Assembly: GCA_028867755.1 (NCBI GenBank)
Contig: JAGWFT010000001.1
Span: 868,727-932,726, forward strand
Length of the DNA stretch: 64,000 bases
Source: Nitrososphaerota archaeon
GTDB lineage: Archaea; Thermoproteota; Nitrososphaeria; Nitrososphaerales; Nitrosopumilaceae
Direction of reading: 5' to 3'
Shown: piece after piece, positions 10,069-19,797 of the stretch
Position numbering within the stretch: position 1 is the first letter of the stretch
Layout of the letters: each line of letters opens with the position of its first letter
Notes under the pieces: generated by a model
What the model saw: only the letters and a program-made list of their open reading frames with translations
Told to the model about the DNA's origin: nothing
Database searches by the model: none
Made by a program: the position numbers and the translations under genes

Positions 10069-10955
10069 GTATTACTTGTCTTTTCCAGATATGCAAGAAT
10101 TCCAGTATAGTCGATATTTCCAAACCCGTCCTTGACTGCATTTTGGTACAACTCGTTTGCAAGTCTTGCAACAGGCAATTTTGCCCCAAATTTCTTGGCA
10201 GTGTAGTTTATCTCATCCAAGTCTTTTTGCATCACATTTAGAAAGAAACTTGGCTCAAAGATTCCCTTTGCCATCTTTGGTCCCTTGAGAAGGCTCATTC
10301 CTGTCTTAAAATAGGTGGAGTTTAGCACATCTAAGAAAAGAAGCGGGTCTAGGCCAGACTTTTTTGCAAACATGATTCCTTCTGATATTGATAGTGCCAG
10401 AATTGCAATCTGCAAGTTCATGGCAAGCTTCATTGCATCAGCAGCACCATTTTCTCCTAGGTAAAATGTTTTCTCCCCGATAGAATCAAAAACTGACTTG
10501 AATCTTTCGTATGATTCTTTTTTTCCTCCTATCATGACAACCAGTTGCCCTTTTTCTGCAAGGGAGGGCCCACCCATAACAGGACTATCAATCATTGTGA
10601 TTCCATACTTGGAATAATTTTCAGCTATCTTTTTTGATGAAATGGGATTGATTGTGCTCATGTCAGCAACTATTAGTTTTTCATGCTTGCCATGTATGAT
10701 ACCATCCTTGCCAAACGCCACTGATTCAACAGCGTTAGCATCTTTTACTATTGTGATTACAAGGTCAGATTTTTTGGCCACTTGTTTTGGAGATTCTGCA
10801 ACTTGGGCGCCCAAGATTTTCAGTGATTCTGTTTTTTCCTTTGTTCGGTTGTATACCATAACTTTGTGTCCTGTACTAAGAAGGCGTTTTGCTACTGCTG
10901 TGCCAAGCAATCCTGTGCCAATAACTCCAACATTCATCATATCATAGTTTTTCAT
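10065..10955 (-). CDS. 3-hydroxyisobutyrate dehydrogenase / 2-hydroxy-3-oxopropionate reductase family oxidoreductase
   Basis: IGTGLLG, VYNRT, DSPVMGG, MKLAMN, MQKDL. Confidence 0.9.
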   Translation of the reverse strand: MKNYDMMNVGVIGTGLLGTAVAKRLLSTGHKVMVYNRTKEKTESLKILGAQVAESPKQVAKKSDLVITIVKDANAVESVAFGKDGIIHGKHEKLIVADMSTINPISSKKIAENYSKYGITMIDSPVMGGPSLAEKGQLVVMIGGKKESYERFKSVFDSIGEKTFYLGENGAADAMKLAMNLQIAILALSISEGIMFAKKSGLDPLLFLDVLNSTYFKTGMSLLKGPKMAKGIFEPSFFLNVMQKDLDEINYTAKKFGAKLPVARLANELYQNAVKDGFGNIDYTGILAYLEKTSNT

Positions 10956-10981
10956 GACAGTATTTTTTTCTATTGTATTAG

Positions 10982-11506
10982 TTACGATACAAGAGCTTTG
11001 AATCTGTCGTCATTTCGTAGAATGTCAAAATCCTTGTCTCCGCTGGCTTTTGCCCCATACTGTGGATCAAGAACTATGGCACGCTCAAGCAGTATCAGGG
11101 CTCCCTCAGTATCTTTCTGGAGTGATTTGCTACATGCCTTGTGATACAAGGCATTGGGTTGATCTTGCAGTTGTGATAAAATTTTGTCATAGCATGATAC
11201 TGCCTCATCATATCTTTGGAGATAATGCAGTGCAAGTCCCTTGTTTAAAAGGCAGGCAGTATGGTTTGGCAATATCTTCAAAACTGCGTCATAGGCAGAA
11301 ATTGCCTCATTGTACTTGCCTATCTTTCCTAGTGCATTTCCCTTGTTAGTCAAGGCATTCAAGTGTGCGGGGTTTACTGTTAGAACCTTGTCAAAGTAAA
11401 ATATCGCATCTCGCGGCTTGCCACGCTTTGCATGACCTAGACCAATGTTATACAAATACTCGAGGCTTGCCTCTTCGTCATCTGTAGAAAAGTGTATTCC
11501 TTTCAT
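10982..11506 (-). CDS. Tetratricopeptide repeat protein
   Basis: Repeated NKGNALGKIG.YNEAI / NKGLALHYL.RYDEAV TPR units. Confidence 0.88.
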   Translation of the reverse strand: MKGIHFSTDDEEASLEYLYNIGLGHAKRGKPRDAIFYFDKVLTVNPAHLNALTNKGNALGKIGKYNEAISAYDAVLKILPNHTACLLNKGLALHYLQRYDEAVSCYDKILSQLQDQPNALYHKACSKSLQKDTEGALILLERAIVLDPQYGAKASGDKDFDILRNDDRFKALVS

Positions 11507-11589
11507 GTTTGTACGTATTTCTCTCTATTTGATAAAAGCTATTGTATCTTGGTCAAACTGATAAAGTACTGGTGATTATATCATAAGAT

Positions 11590-11709
11590 ATGGAAAAGCT
11601 AAGGGCGTGCCCAATCTGTCCTAATTGTGGTTCCAAAAAGTTTGACAGGATACAGGCAAAAGATACCGTTGTTAGATGTGTAAAATGTGGAAAGACAATA
11701 ACCATTTGA
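11590..11709 (+). CDS. 39-aa Zn-ribbon microprotein (not in ORF track)
   Basis: Manual translation MEKLRACPICPNCGSKKFDRIQAKDTVVRCVKCGKTITI; ATAAAGTA TATA-like box 22-29 nt upstream. Confidence 0.65.
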   Translation: MEKLRACPICPNCGSKKFDRIQAKDTVVRCVKCGKTITI

Positions 11710-11756
11710 GAATTTTAAATATTGTATGAAACTATTGAGATTTAGATAAAACTAAA

Positions 11757-11963
11757 TTATTGTAAAGGGTCTGATTTGAGAAACTCTGTACTCTCTTTTT
11801 CAAACAAGTCTGATTTTTCTTTTGCTTGTTTGATGACTGAATATAGTTTGAACAGCAATTCATCGCTAGGATTGGTTGTTTCCAAGGTCTTACGGTCTAT
11901 GCCATGCTCTTCTATTGCTTGCAATATATCATCACACGATACCTTTGAATTCAATTTGCTCAT
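11757..11963 (-). CDS. Small hypothetical protein
   Basis: 68-aa ORF with TTTAAATA 25-30 nt upstream. Confidence 0.55.
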   Translation of the reverse strand: MSKLNSKVSCDDILQAIEEHGIDRKTLETTNPSDELLFKLYSVIKQAKEKSDLFEKESTEFLKSDPLQ

Positions 11964-12008
11964 GTTGGTTCAAAATTAATCCTGTATTTAAAAATTTTCT
12001 CGAGTGAC

Positions 12009-12428
12009 TCAATTCAAAAATTTTGTTTGGTTGACATTTGTTTTCGATATCAAATCCTTGACCAAGTTTACTATATCATTGATATCAAATGGTTTGTATA
12101 TGACTGCTGAAGCGTGCAGTTCCTTTAATCGTTCAGCCGTTGCAGCTACCAGATCTGCTGTGACCATTATCACTATTGCATTGGGATTAATTTCTCGAAT
12201 TTTTTCTAATGCATACAGTCCATCTCCGTCTGATGTGAAAACGTCCAGAAATGTTATGTCTGGCCTAAGAGTACGATACATCTCTACAGCTTCTTGGCCG
12301 CTATGTCCTTTGCCAACAACTTGAAAGTCCTTTAATTGCAAAAGCTCTACAAACAGGTTCAAAACATCCTGGTTGGCATCTATAGCTAGTGCTCTCAGTT
12401 GTTGTCTCTTCTCTCCCAACAATAACAA
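12009..12428 (-). CDS. Stand-alone CheY-like response regulator receiver
   Basis: AIDAN acidic pocket, PDITFLD (phospho-Asp), GDGL, MVTA, YKPF. Confidence 0.88.
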   Translation of the reverse strand: MLLLGEKRQQLRALAIDANQDVLNLFVELLQLKDFQVVGKGHSGQEAVEMYRTLRPDITFLDVFTSDGDGLYALEKIREINPNAIVIMVTADLVAATAERLKELHASAVIYKPFDINDIVNLVKDLISKTNVNQTKFLN

Positions 12429-12812
12429 ATACTGAATTTCCTATTTAAGGTATTTTTTATCAAATGTTTGCCTTTAAAGGATTATTTGTAAAATCGTAAC
12501 ATGCGTTGTACATTTGTTCAATTGATCTTTAGATGTAAATGATCAAAAGTGCTAGTTATGGTAAACTGCAGCCTGTTCTACGATACCATGTTTCAAGGGA
12601 AAACATTGGTAAATGCGCCACTTGAGTTTTGTTGTCTGTAACTTGTTTTGATTGATTTTATTCTTCTACAATCTTCACTTGAAAATCTCTAGTATTTCTA
12701 TGCCCGCTGCTACTATCTGTCATATCTTGTTTGGGACTTGGGCTAGAATTTTCGCTTGTCTGGGCATGAATATGTTGTACGTTTTTATTTCGATTATTTT
12801 CAATTATCTAGC

Positions 12813-13811
12813 ATGGCAAGAACTTGGAAAGATTCCGATGTAAGTCTAGATCCGATAAAGAATGAAACTATCGCAGTACTTGGATATGGGATTCAGGGCA
12901 ACGCGCAGGCAAACAATCTAAAGGACTCTGGTCTTAATGTCATCGTAGGAGTAAAGGAATCTGGGACTAGCTGGAAGAAAGCAAAAGAAGATGGCCACCA
13001 AGTAATGTCTGTTCAAAAGGCATGTGAAAAAGCTGACATCATTCATGTCTTGATTCCAGATATGGTTCAAGCTCAAGTTTACAAAGACGATATCGCGCCA
13101 TATTTGAAAACAGGCAAAGCATTATCATTTTCTCACGCTGCTGCAATATACTGGGGATGGATTACACCGCCAAAAGATGTTGATGTTATAATGATAGCTC
13201 CAAAAGGACCTGGCTCGAAGGTTAGAGAAACATACCAGCAAAACTTTGGAACTCCAGCAATTGTTGCAGTTTATCAAGATCACACCAAAAAAGCTTGGGA
13301 CAGAACACTTGCTATTGCAAAGGGCATAGGAAGCGCAAGAGCAGGAGTAATTGAGACAACTTTCAAAGAAGAAGTTGAGACTGATTGGTTTGGTGAACAA
13401 GTGGACCTTTGTGGAGGTTCAGCATCGATGGTAATGAATGCGTTTGAGACTTTGGTTGAAGCAGGATACCAACCAGAGATTGCATACTTTGAAGTGCTTC
13501 ATGAATTAAAATTAATTGTAGACATGATTCAGCGATACGGAATAGCTGGAATGTATCGAAGAGTAAGCGAGACTGCAAGATATGGTGGCTTGACTCGCGG
13601 TCCTATGGTGATGGACAAAGAGGTTAAAGAGAAGATGAAAAAGGCACTAAAAATGATACAAGACGGTACGTTTAACCAAGAATGGACAAGCGATTACAGA
13701 AAGAATGGCAAAAATGCATTTGACAGACACATGAAAGAGATTGAGGCACATCAGGTAGAACAAGTAGGCAAGAAGATGCGAAAGATGATGTGGCCTGATT
13801 CCACAGAATAA
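12813..13811 (+). CDS. ilvC: Ketol-acid reductoisomerase
   Basis: LGYGIQG, IAPKGPG, EEVETDWFGEQVDLCGG; start trimmed to MARTWKD. Confidence 0.96.
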   Translation: MARTWKDSDVSLDPIKNETIAVLGYGIQGNAQANNLKDSGLNVIVGVKESGTSWKKAKEDGHQVMSVQKACEKADIIHVLIPDMVQAQVYKDDIAPYLKTGKALSFSHAAAIYWGWITPPKDVDVIMIAPKGPGSKVRETYQQNFGTPAIVAVYQDHTKKAWDRTLAIAKGIGSARAGVIETTFKEEVETDWFGEQVDLCGGSASMVMNAFETLVEAGYQPEIAYFEVLHELKLIVDMIQRYGIAGMYRRVSETARYGGLTRGPMVMDKEVKEKMKKALKMIQDGTFNQEWTSDYRKNGKNAFDRHMKEIEAHQVEQVGKKMRKMMWPDSTE

Positions 13812-13816
13812 TGTAT

Positions 13817-14236
13817 CTAGCCTTTAGTTTTTGTTAGATTAGACTGGATAAAACCAATTATTGTAGGCAGTGGTGTACCTGGTCCAAAATTTCCAAGCAC
13901 GCCTGCTTTTTCAAGCTCTGACTTGTCGTCCTGTGGAATTACTCCGCCTCCTATTACAAGCACGTCATTGATTCCTTTTGCTCTGAGGGCTTTGACAACT
14001 CTTGGAAATAGTGTAAGATGTGCGCCATTTAGCAAACTTAGTGCGATGACATTGACGTCTTCGTCTTCTGCAATTTGTGCAATTCTTTCTGGTGTGGCAA
14101 ATAATCCGGAATAAATGACTTCCATTCCAGCATCTCTGAATGCTCTGCATAACACAAGGGCTCCCCTATCATGTCCGTCCAGTCCTAACTTTGATACCAA
14201 TATTCTGACTCGTTTTGTTTGAGTCTTCTGTGACAT
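13817..14236 (-). CDS. Methylmalonyl-CoA mutase small (cobalamin-binding) subunit
   Basis: KLGLDGHDRG B12 motif, SLLNGAH, GGVIP. Confidence 0.93.
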   Translation of the reverse strand: MSQKTQTKRVRILVSKLGLDGHDRGALVLCRAFRDAGMEVIYSGLFATPERIAQIAEDEDVNVIALSLLNGAHLTLFPRVVKALRAKGINDVLVIGGGVIPQDDKSELEKAGVLGNFGPGTPLPTIIGFIQSNLTKTKG

Positions 14237-14343
14237 GGTGTTAAAAGTACAAAATGGGTTTTAAAACCTTTATTTGAAAATTCTACAAATATGTATGCTT
14301 TACCATTATTGCAACAAGATTTTATTGTACGTGTGGTACGTGA

Positions 14344-15267
14344 TTGTTCTATATGGATTTGGTAAAGGATCTCAAGCGAGGTAACAGGAGAGCCATTGCA
14401 CGAGCCATATCTATAGTTGAAAATAACGAAAAAGAGGCAAGAATTCTAATCAAAAAAATCTTCAAGAGTTCTGGCCAATCTCTTACTATTGGAATAACTG
14501 GACCTGCAGGTGCTGGCAAGAGTGCCCTAATTAACAAAACAAGCATTGAACTCAAAAAACTTGGCTACAAGGCAGCTGTTCTTGCAATAGATCCAACAAG
14601 CCATCTCACAGGAGGTGCAATTCTTGGAGACAGGGTTCGTATGACAGAATCAACAGACTCTGGAATATACATTCGTAGCATGGCATCAAGGGGTGCAACA
14701 GGTGCAGTGTCGATGGCACTGCGAAATAGCATCAGAATATTAGAGTTTGCAGGATTCAATCCGATAATAATTGAAAGCGTTGGGGCAGGACAGACAGAAG
14801 TTGACATATCGCGAGTTGTTGATATCACAACGGTGGTCTTTAACCCTAACACAGGAGACAACATTCAAACGATAAAAGCTGGCCTAACTGAGATTGGAGA
14901 TATTTATCTAATTAACAAGAGTGATCTTCCTGGAGCAAACCAACTATTTGATTCAGTAAGGGATTTCATAGGAATGTCAGAAAAAAACCCACTTGTCATG
15001 ATGACCTCTACTAAATCAAACAAGGGAATTTCGGAATTTGCAAAAAAGCTGCAGGGACTAATGGAAACTGGGAAAAAATCCAAGAAACAAAAGGAGGAGA
15101 TGCGACTTGATATGGAACTAAGGGATATTATTTTAAATAATGTTAAAAATAAAGTGAGCAACATGCTTGATTCAAGTAAGACTTATGCTAAATATCTCAA
15201 ACAAGTACAAACAAAGAACTTGGACCCGTTTGAAGCTGCAGACAAGATGGCTAAAACATTAAAGTGA
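14344..15267 (+). CDS. meaB: MeaB/ArgK GTPase chaperone of methylmalonyl-CoA mutase
   Basis: GPAGAGKS, GGAILGDRVRM, IRSMASRG, ESVGAGQ, INKSD. Confidence 0.93.
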   Translation: MFYMDLVKDLKRGNRRAIARAISIVENNEKEARILIKKIFKSSGQSLTIGITGPAGAGKSALINKTSIELKKLGYKAAVLAIDPTSHLTGGAILGDRVRMTESTDSGIYIRSMASRGATGAVSMALRNSIRILEFAGFNPIIIESVGAGQTEVDISRVVDITTVVFNPNTGDNIQTIKAGLTEIGDIYLINKSDLPGANQLFDSVRDFIGMSEKNPLVMMTSTKSNKGISEFAKKLQGLMETGKKSKKQKEEMRLDMELRDIILNNVKNKVSNMLDSSKTYAKYLKQVQTKNLDPFEAADKMAKTLK

Positions 15268-16847
15268 GAATTATGGCAGATAAAATAAAAACTGATTCCA
15301 ACATTCCGGTAAAGCGCTTCTACGACTCTAAAGTTAAACCAAAAAGCAAGAATGAGCTGCCAGGAAAACATCCGTTTACAAGAGCAATTCACCCTGGAAT
15401 GTATCGAGACAGACTTTGGACGATGAGGCAGTATACAGGTTTTGGAACAGCTGCTCAGACAAATCAGAGATTCAAGTATCTGCTTGAGAGGGGGCAGACA
15501 GGTCTGAGCATGGCGTTTGACTTGCCTACGCAGATAGGATACGATGCAGACGACTCGCATGCAGAAGGCGAGGTGGGAAAGGTGGGAGTATCAATAACGT
15601 CGCTCAAAGACATGATGACGTGCTTTAATGGAATACCGCTTGACAAAGTAAGCACATCTATGACAATTAACTCCACAGCTTCGACATTGCTCTCCTTGTA
15701 TATTGCAACAGGCGAGTCACAGGGAGTAAAAAGTGAGCAGCTGCGTGGCACCACACAAAACGATATTCTCAAAGAATACATTGCAAGAAACACATACATC
15801 TATCCGCCAAGACCGTCAATGAGGTTAATTGGCGACATGATAGAGTACTGCTCAAAAAAGGTACCACAATGGTATCCGATATCTATATCAGGATATCACA
15901 TGCGAGAAGCAGGATGCAATGCGATACAGGAAGTTGCGTTTACACTTGCAAATGCTATCGAGTATATTGACACATGCGTTGACCGAGGCCTTAAGATTGA
16001 TGATTTTGCTCCAAGGTTGTCATTTTTCTTTTGTTGCACAAGTGAATTCTTGGAAGAAGTTGCCAAATTTCGAGCTGCAAGAAGAATCTATTCAAAGATA
16101 GTAAAGGACAGATTCCATGCAAAAGACAAAAAATCAATGCAGCTCAAATTCCATGTCCAGACAAGTGGTGAGTCATTGACTGCACAACAGCCAGACAATA
16201 ACATTGTCCGAGTTGCAATCCAGTCCATGGCAGCAGTGCTAGGGGGATGCCAGTCTCTTCATACCAACTCAAAAGACGAGGCACTTGCATTGCCAACTGA
16301 AGCTGCTGTAAAAATTGCATTAAGGACACAACAGATTGTGGGTCACGAAAGCGGAATAACAAAGAGCGTAGACCCGCTTGCAGGCTCCTATTACGTGGAA
16401 TATCTGACTGACAAGATAGAAGACGAGGCAAACAAGTATCTAAAGAGAATAGATAGAATGGGCGGATCGCTTGCAGGAATTGAGAAGGGCTTTTTCCAGT
16501 CTGAAATTAGGCAGAACGCGTACAGGCTCAAAAAAGAGATAGACAGTAACGAGCGTGTCATTGTTGGGGTAAACAAGTTTACAGACTCGACAGAAGAAAA
16601 ACCAGAAATAATGAGAATTGATGACAGCATTCAGGTACAACAGATACAGAGCCTAAAAGAGCTCCGCAGTACACGTGATAACAAAAAGACAGAAGCTGCG
16701 CTATCAAAGATGAAGAATGCTGCTGAAAAAGAAGAGAACTTGATGCCTTTCATCTTGGAATCTGTGAGAAGCTATGCTACATTGGGAGAGATAAGCAACA
16801 CATTTCGGGAAGTCTTTGGTATATACCAGCCAAAGGAGTCATTTTAA
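15264..16847 (+). CDS. Methylmalonyl-CoA mutase large (substrate-binding) subunit
   Basis: TMRQYTGFG, AFDLPTQ, QNDILKEYIAR, ISISGYHMRE, SLHTNSKDEA. Confidence 0.95.
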   Translation: MRIMADKIKTDSNIPVKRFYDSKVKPKSKNELPGKHPFTRAIHPGMYRDRLWTMRQYTGFGTAAQTNQRFKYLLERGQTGLSMAFDLPTQIGYDADDSHAEGEVGKVGVSITSLKDMMTCFNGIPLDKVSTSMTINSTASTLLSLYIATGESQGVKSEQLRGTTQNDILKEYIARNTYIYPPRPSMRLIGDMIEYCSKKVPQWYPISISGYHMREAGCNAIQEVAFTLANAIEYIDTCVDRGLKIDDFAPRLSFFFCCTSEFLEEVAKFRAARRIYSKIVKDRFHAKDKKSMQLKFHVQTSGESLTAQQPDNNIVRVAIQSMAAVLGGCQSLHTNSKDEALALPTEAAVKIALRTQQIVGHESGITKSVDPLAGSYYVEYLTDKIEDEANKYLKRIDRMGGSLAGIEKGFFQSEIRQNAYRLKKEIDSNERVIVGVNKFTDSTEEKPEIMRIDDSIQVQQIQSLKELRSTRDNKKTEAALSKMKNAAEKEENLMPFILESVRSYATLGEISNTFREVFGIYQPKESF

Positions 16848-16848
16848 A

Positions 16849-17247
16849 ATGAGAATAGATCATGTCGCAATAGCTGTTAACAACTTGGATGAGGCAGTAA
16901 AGGAATATCGAAATGCACTTGGGGTAAAAGAAGTAGAGTTTGAGACAGTGGAGGCAGAAGGAGTGCGAGTTGCAATACTTCATCTAAATAATTCAAGAAT
17001 TGAGTTGATGGAGCCAACAAAGGATACAAGCCCAATCAAGAAATTTCTTGACACAAGAGGGGAGGGCTTGCACCACATTGCGCTTGAAACCGAATCAATA
17101 GAGGGAGAAGTTGACAGGATGAAAGGTACGGGAGTGAGATTTCTTGGCGACGTGCGAGCAGGATCTAGGGGAACAAAGATTACATTTATCCACCCAAAAT
17201 CGCTTCACGGTGTGCTAACTGAGCTCTGCTCGCATCCAAAAAAGTAA
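16849..17247 (+). CDS. mce: Methylmalonyl-CoA epimerase
   Basis: MRIDHVAIAV, IELMEP, GEGLHHIA, FIHPKS, GVLTEL; VOC fold. Confidence 0.93.
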   Translation: MRIDHVAIAVNNLDEAVKEYRNALGVKEVEFETVEAEGVRVAILHLNNSRIELMEPTKDTSPIKKFLDTRGEGLHHIALETESIEGEVDRMKGTGVRFLGDVRAGSRGTKITFIHPKSLHGVLTELCSHPKK

Positions 17248-17295
17248 GTTAACAATTCCTAGGCCTTGCTAGACTCAGTTCTTTTTTTGCTAATT

Positions 17296-18156
17296 TTACT
17301 CAAAATGGGGATCTTTTTTGGCAAGACGGAAATGCGTTTCAACCTCAGAATATGCCTTTACAATATCTGTAGAACTTATGATGCCCTCAAGAGATCCATT
17401 ACTGTCAACTACTGGTATCCCACTTACCGTGTAATCTGTCATTAACTTGGCAGCAGTAGCCAGATCGTCTTGAGTCTCCACTGTAAGCAATTCATCTTTT
17501 ATTAGATCCCCCACCCTCATCTCCTTAGCATTGGCGCTGGGTAAAAGATAATCACGCGTACTCTTGCTTGCCTTGAAAAAACCACTATTTCTTAGAAATG
17601 TATCATATGTGATTACACCAACCGGATTTCCTTCGTTATCAGTAACTACCAATCTTGAGATCTTGTTCTTGTTTAACATGTCTAAAGCAAAGAGTAGCAA
17701 ATCTGTCTTGCGACAGGTGATTATCTTCTTTGACATGTAATCTGCAACTCTGTAGGCTCTAGCGTAAAGACTCGCAAAAATTCTTGCCAAATCAGATTTT
17801 GTTGTAATTCCAACTAGTTTACCCTCGTTATCTACAACAATCACGGAACTTATCTGAAATGTATCCATCCTAATAGCTGACTGTGTTGCAATATCTTCAT
17901 CTTCTACAGATATGGTAACTAGATTCCTGTTCATTATATTATGAATAGGTATCTTATCGAGAGTTTTTGTTGTCTTGTCGTGCTCCAAGAATCTCCCCAT
18001 GTCGCGCTCTGTAACTATTCCAATAGGAAAATTATTCTGTACAATGACAACTCGTTTTATGTCATTTTTTTGCATTAAAAATAATGCGTCATTAATGGTA
18101 CCTTCTGGTTCTAGTGTTATGACAGGTGAGGTAAATTGTCGTATTTTAGACATCAT
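17296..18156 (-). CDS. Tandem CBS-domain protein (four CBS motifs)
   Basis: Repeated 'GIVTERD / GITTKSD / GVITYD / GIISSTD' CBS motifs. Confidence 0.88.
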   Translation of the reverse strand: MMSKIRQFTSPVITLEPEGTINDALFLMQKNDIKRVVIVQNNFPIGIVTERDMGRFLEHDKTTKTLDKIPIHNIMNRNLVTISVEDEDIATQSAIRMDTFQISSVIVVDNEGKLVGITTKSDLARIFASLYARAYRVADYMSKKIITCRKTDLLLFALDMLNKNKISRLVVTDNEGNPVGVITYDTFLRNSGFFKASKSTRDYLLPSANAKEMRVGDLIKDELLTVETQDDLATAAKLMTDYTVSGIPVVDSNGSLEGIISSTDIVKAYSEVETHFRLAKKDPHFE

Positions 18157-18240
18157 CGTATCATCTTTACTTGTATCACATTTAAAATCCGGGCTCTATT
18201 TTCAAACATGATTTTCATCTTGAAAAATTTTTTACAACTC

Positions 18241-18585
18241 TTAACTCTCAACTAATGTAGAATTAGGAACAACCTCAACTTCAAGTGAACCATTGTTAAA
18301 ACAAGTCATGATTGACTTGACCTTGGATTTGTACAAAAAATATTTTTTACCATCTTGACTGATAGAGCCTGAGATGCCAAGCAGCTTGTGCCTGTGCAGC
18401 ATTTGCACTCTGCGATAAGCGGTGCTGATTGGTATGCCACATTCATTAGCCAAGTCAAGGGCTGATTTTGGCATGTCTATTGTATACTCTAGTATGGTTC
18501 TAGAATACTTGTCTGCCAAGATCTCAAGCAAGACATCTTTTGTTGTCTCTTCTTGTATTGGTTTTCCTTGTAGCAATACTTGCAT
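18241..18585 (-). CDS. ArsR-like winged-helix transcription regulator
   Basis: ILADKYSRTIL, SALDLANECGIPISTAYRRV HTH. Confidence 0.8.
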   Translation of the reverse strand: MQVLLQGKPIQEETTKDVLLEILADKYSRTILEYTIDMPKSALDLANECGIPISTAYRRVQMLHRHKLLGISGSISQDGKKYFLYKSKVKSIMTCFNNGSLEVEVVPNSTLVES

Positions 18586-18707
18586 AGGTCATATTGGTTA
18601 AGATTTGATATAACAAGTAGGAATGCATTGCCGTGCAGTGCACCTAGAGCGCTACCATGTCAGTATAATTATATAAATCAGTAATGAAAACCTAGAAACC
18701 TATCTAA

Positions 18708-19286
18708 ATGACTGTCAAGCGAAAACCGCATCCTGCAAAACATGAAGAGACAAGAAGCATAAGTTACAGATTGCCAACACATGTAGTAGAAGAATTAGAG
18801 ACAGAAGCAATGCAGAAAAAAATTTCTCAAAATGTTCTTGTAAGACAGATTTTGGAAAAATATGTCAACTGGGATAGGTTTGCAGAAAACATCGGTATGA
18901 TACCTGTTCCAAAGGACATCCTCAAGACATTAGGTGAAGAGATGGAAGGAGACTCAATGAACAAGATAATCGATGTCATGGTTCCGCTAGTAAAGGACTG
19001 GGTGATGTTCATGAAGGGCAATTACGATCTAAAACGTGCTATCGAGGCTTTTGAAGATTACATGAAGGCATCTGGCATGACATCAGACCATAGAATAGAA
19101 GGCGAGGTTCACCACTTTATTGTACAACACAACCTTGGCATCAAGTGGTCGCTTTTTACGGAGATGCTTTTGAAACAGATCTTTCATCAATTCCTACCAA
19201 ACCTTGCAGTAAACTCGCGCACTACCCCAAATACGGCCATAATTAGTACTGCCCTTGGGTCCGATTTTAGCGAACACAGTTATTGA
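18708..19286 (+). CDS. Hypothetical protein with N-terminal ribbon-helix-helix-like segment
   Basis: TRSISYRLP...LETEA...SQNVLVRQILEKY RHH pattern. Confidence 0.7.
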   Translation: MTVKRKPHPAKHEETRSISYRLPTHVVEELETEAMQKKISQNVLVRQILEKYVNWDRFAENIGMIPVPKDILKTLGEEMEGDSMNKIIDVMVPLVKDWVMFMKGNYDLKRAIEAFEDYMKASGMTSDHRIEGEVHHFIVQHNLGIKWSLFTEMLLKQIFHQFLPNLAVNSRTTPNTAIISTALGSDFSEHSY

Positions 19287-19305
19287 AAAATATCTTAGAT
19301 GTGCA

Positions 19306-19647
19306 CTAGTAAGATGCACAAGTAGCAAAGCCGTCAATTTTTTCAATATCAGGATCCTTTGCCAGTACAAGTATATCAGTCAGCGTTGCCAGCCCAACTG
19401 CCCGAATGCCATTTTTTCCCTCTCTTGCAACCATATAATTTGCTTCTAGTTCGTATTTTTTCTTGTCTATATTGGTCCCGTCTCTATAGTGTATCTCTAG
19501 TTCAACTTTGGGCTCTACATCAGTAAAGTTTCTCTCATAATACATTACATTTGTAGCCAGTTTGAGGTCTATTTTTCCTAGCTTGCCAACAAGTTGGTCT
19601 AGGAAATTGTCATACTGGGCTTCTACATTTTCTGACATGTAGAACAA
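19306..19647 (-). CDS. Hypothetical protein
   Basis: 113-aa ORF with normal composition; TATA-like element upstream. Confidence 0.6.
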   Translation of the reverse strand: MFYMSENVEAQYDNFLDQLVGKLGKIDLKLATNVMYYERNFTDVEPKVELEIHYRDGTNIDKKKYELEANYMVAREGKNGIRAVGLATLTDILVLAKDPDIEKIDGFATCASY

Positions 19648-19797
19648 TGTGTGAAATATTATTTAAAACCAAAACAACATTATCAATTTTGATAACAAGT
19701 AAAATTGTCCAGATCATATCTATGTTAGATGTGATTTAGACACAGCAAATAAAAAAATGCACTAAAACAAGAGAAATTTTTTTGTAATTGATTTTTG

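Noticed and set aside
12658-12680. TTCTACAATCTT resembling the DTLKIVE* repeat
   Set aside because: 12-nt match with no flanking similarity; chance level.
12429-12812. Possible ncRNA or small gene upstream of ilvC (ORF 12652..12843; 27-codon MVNCSLF ORF)
   Set aside because: No convincing stems, tRNA arms or protein signal.
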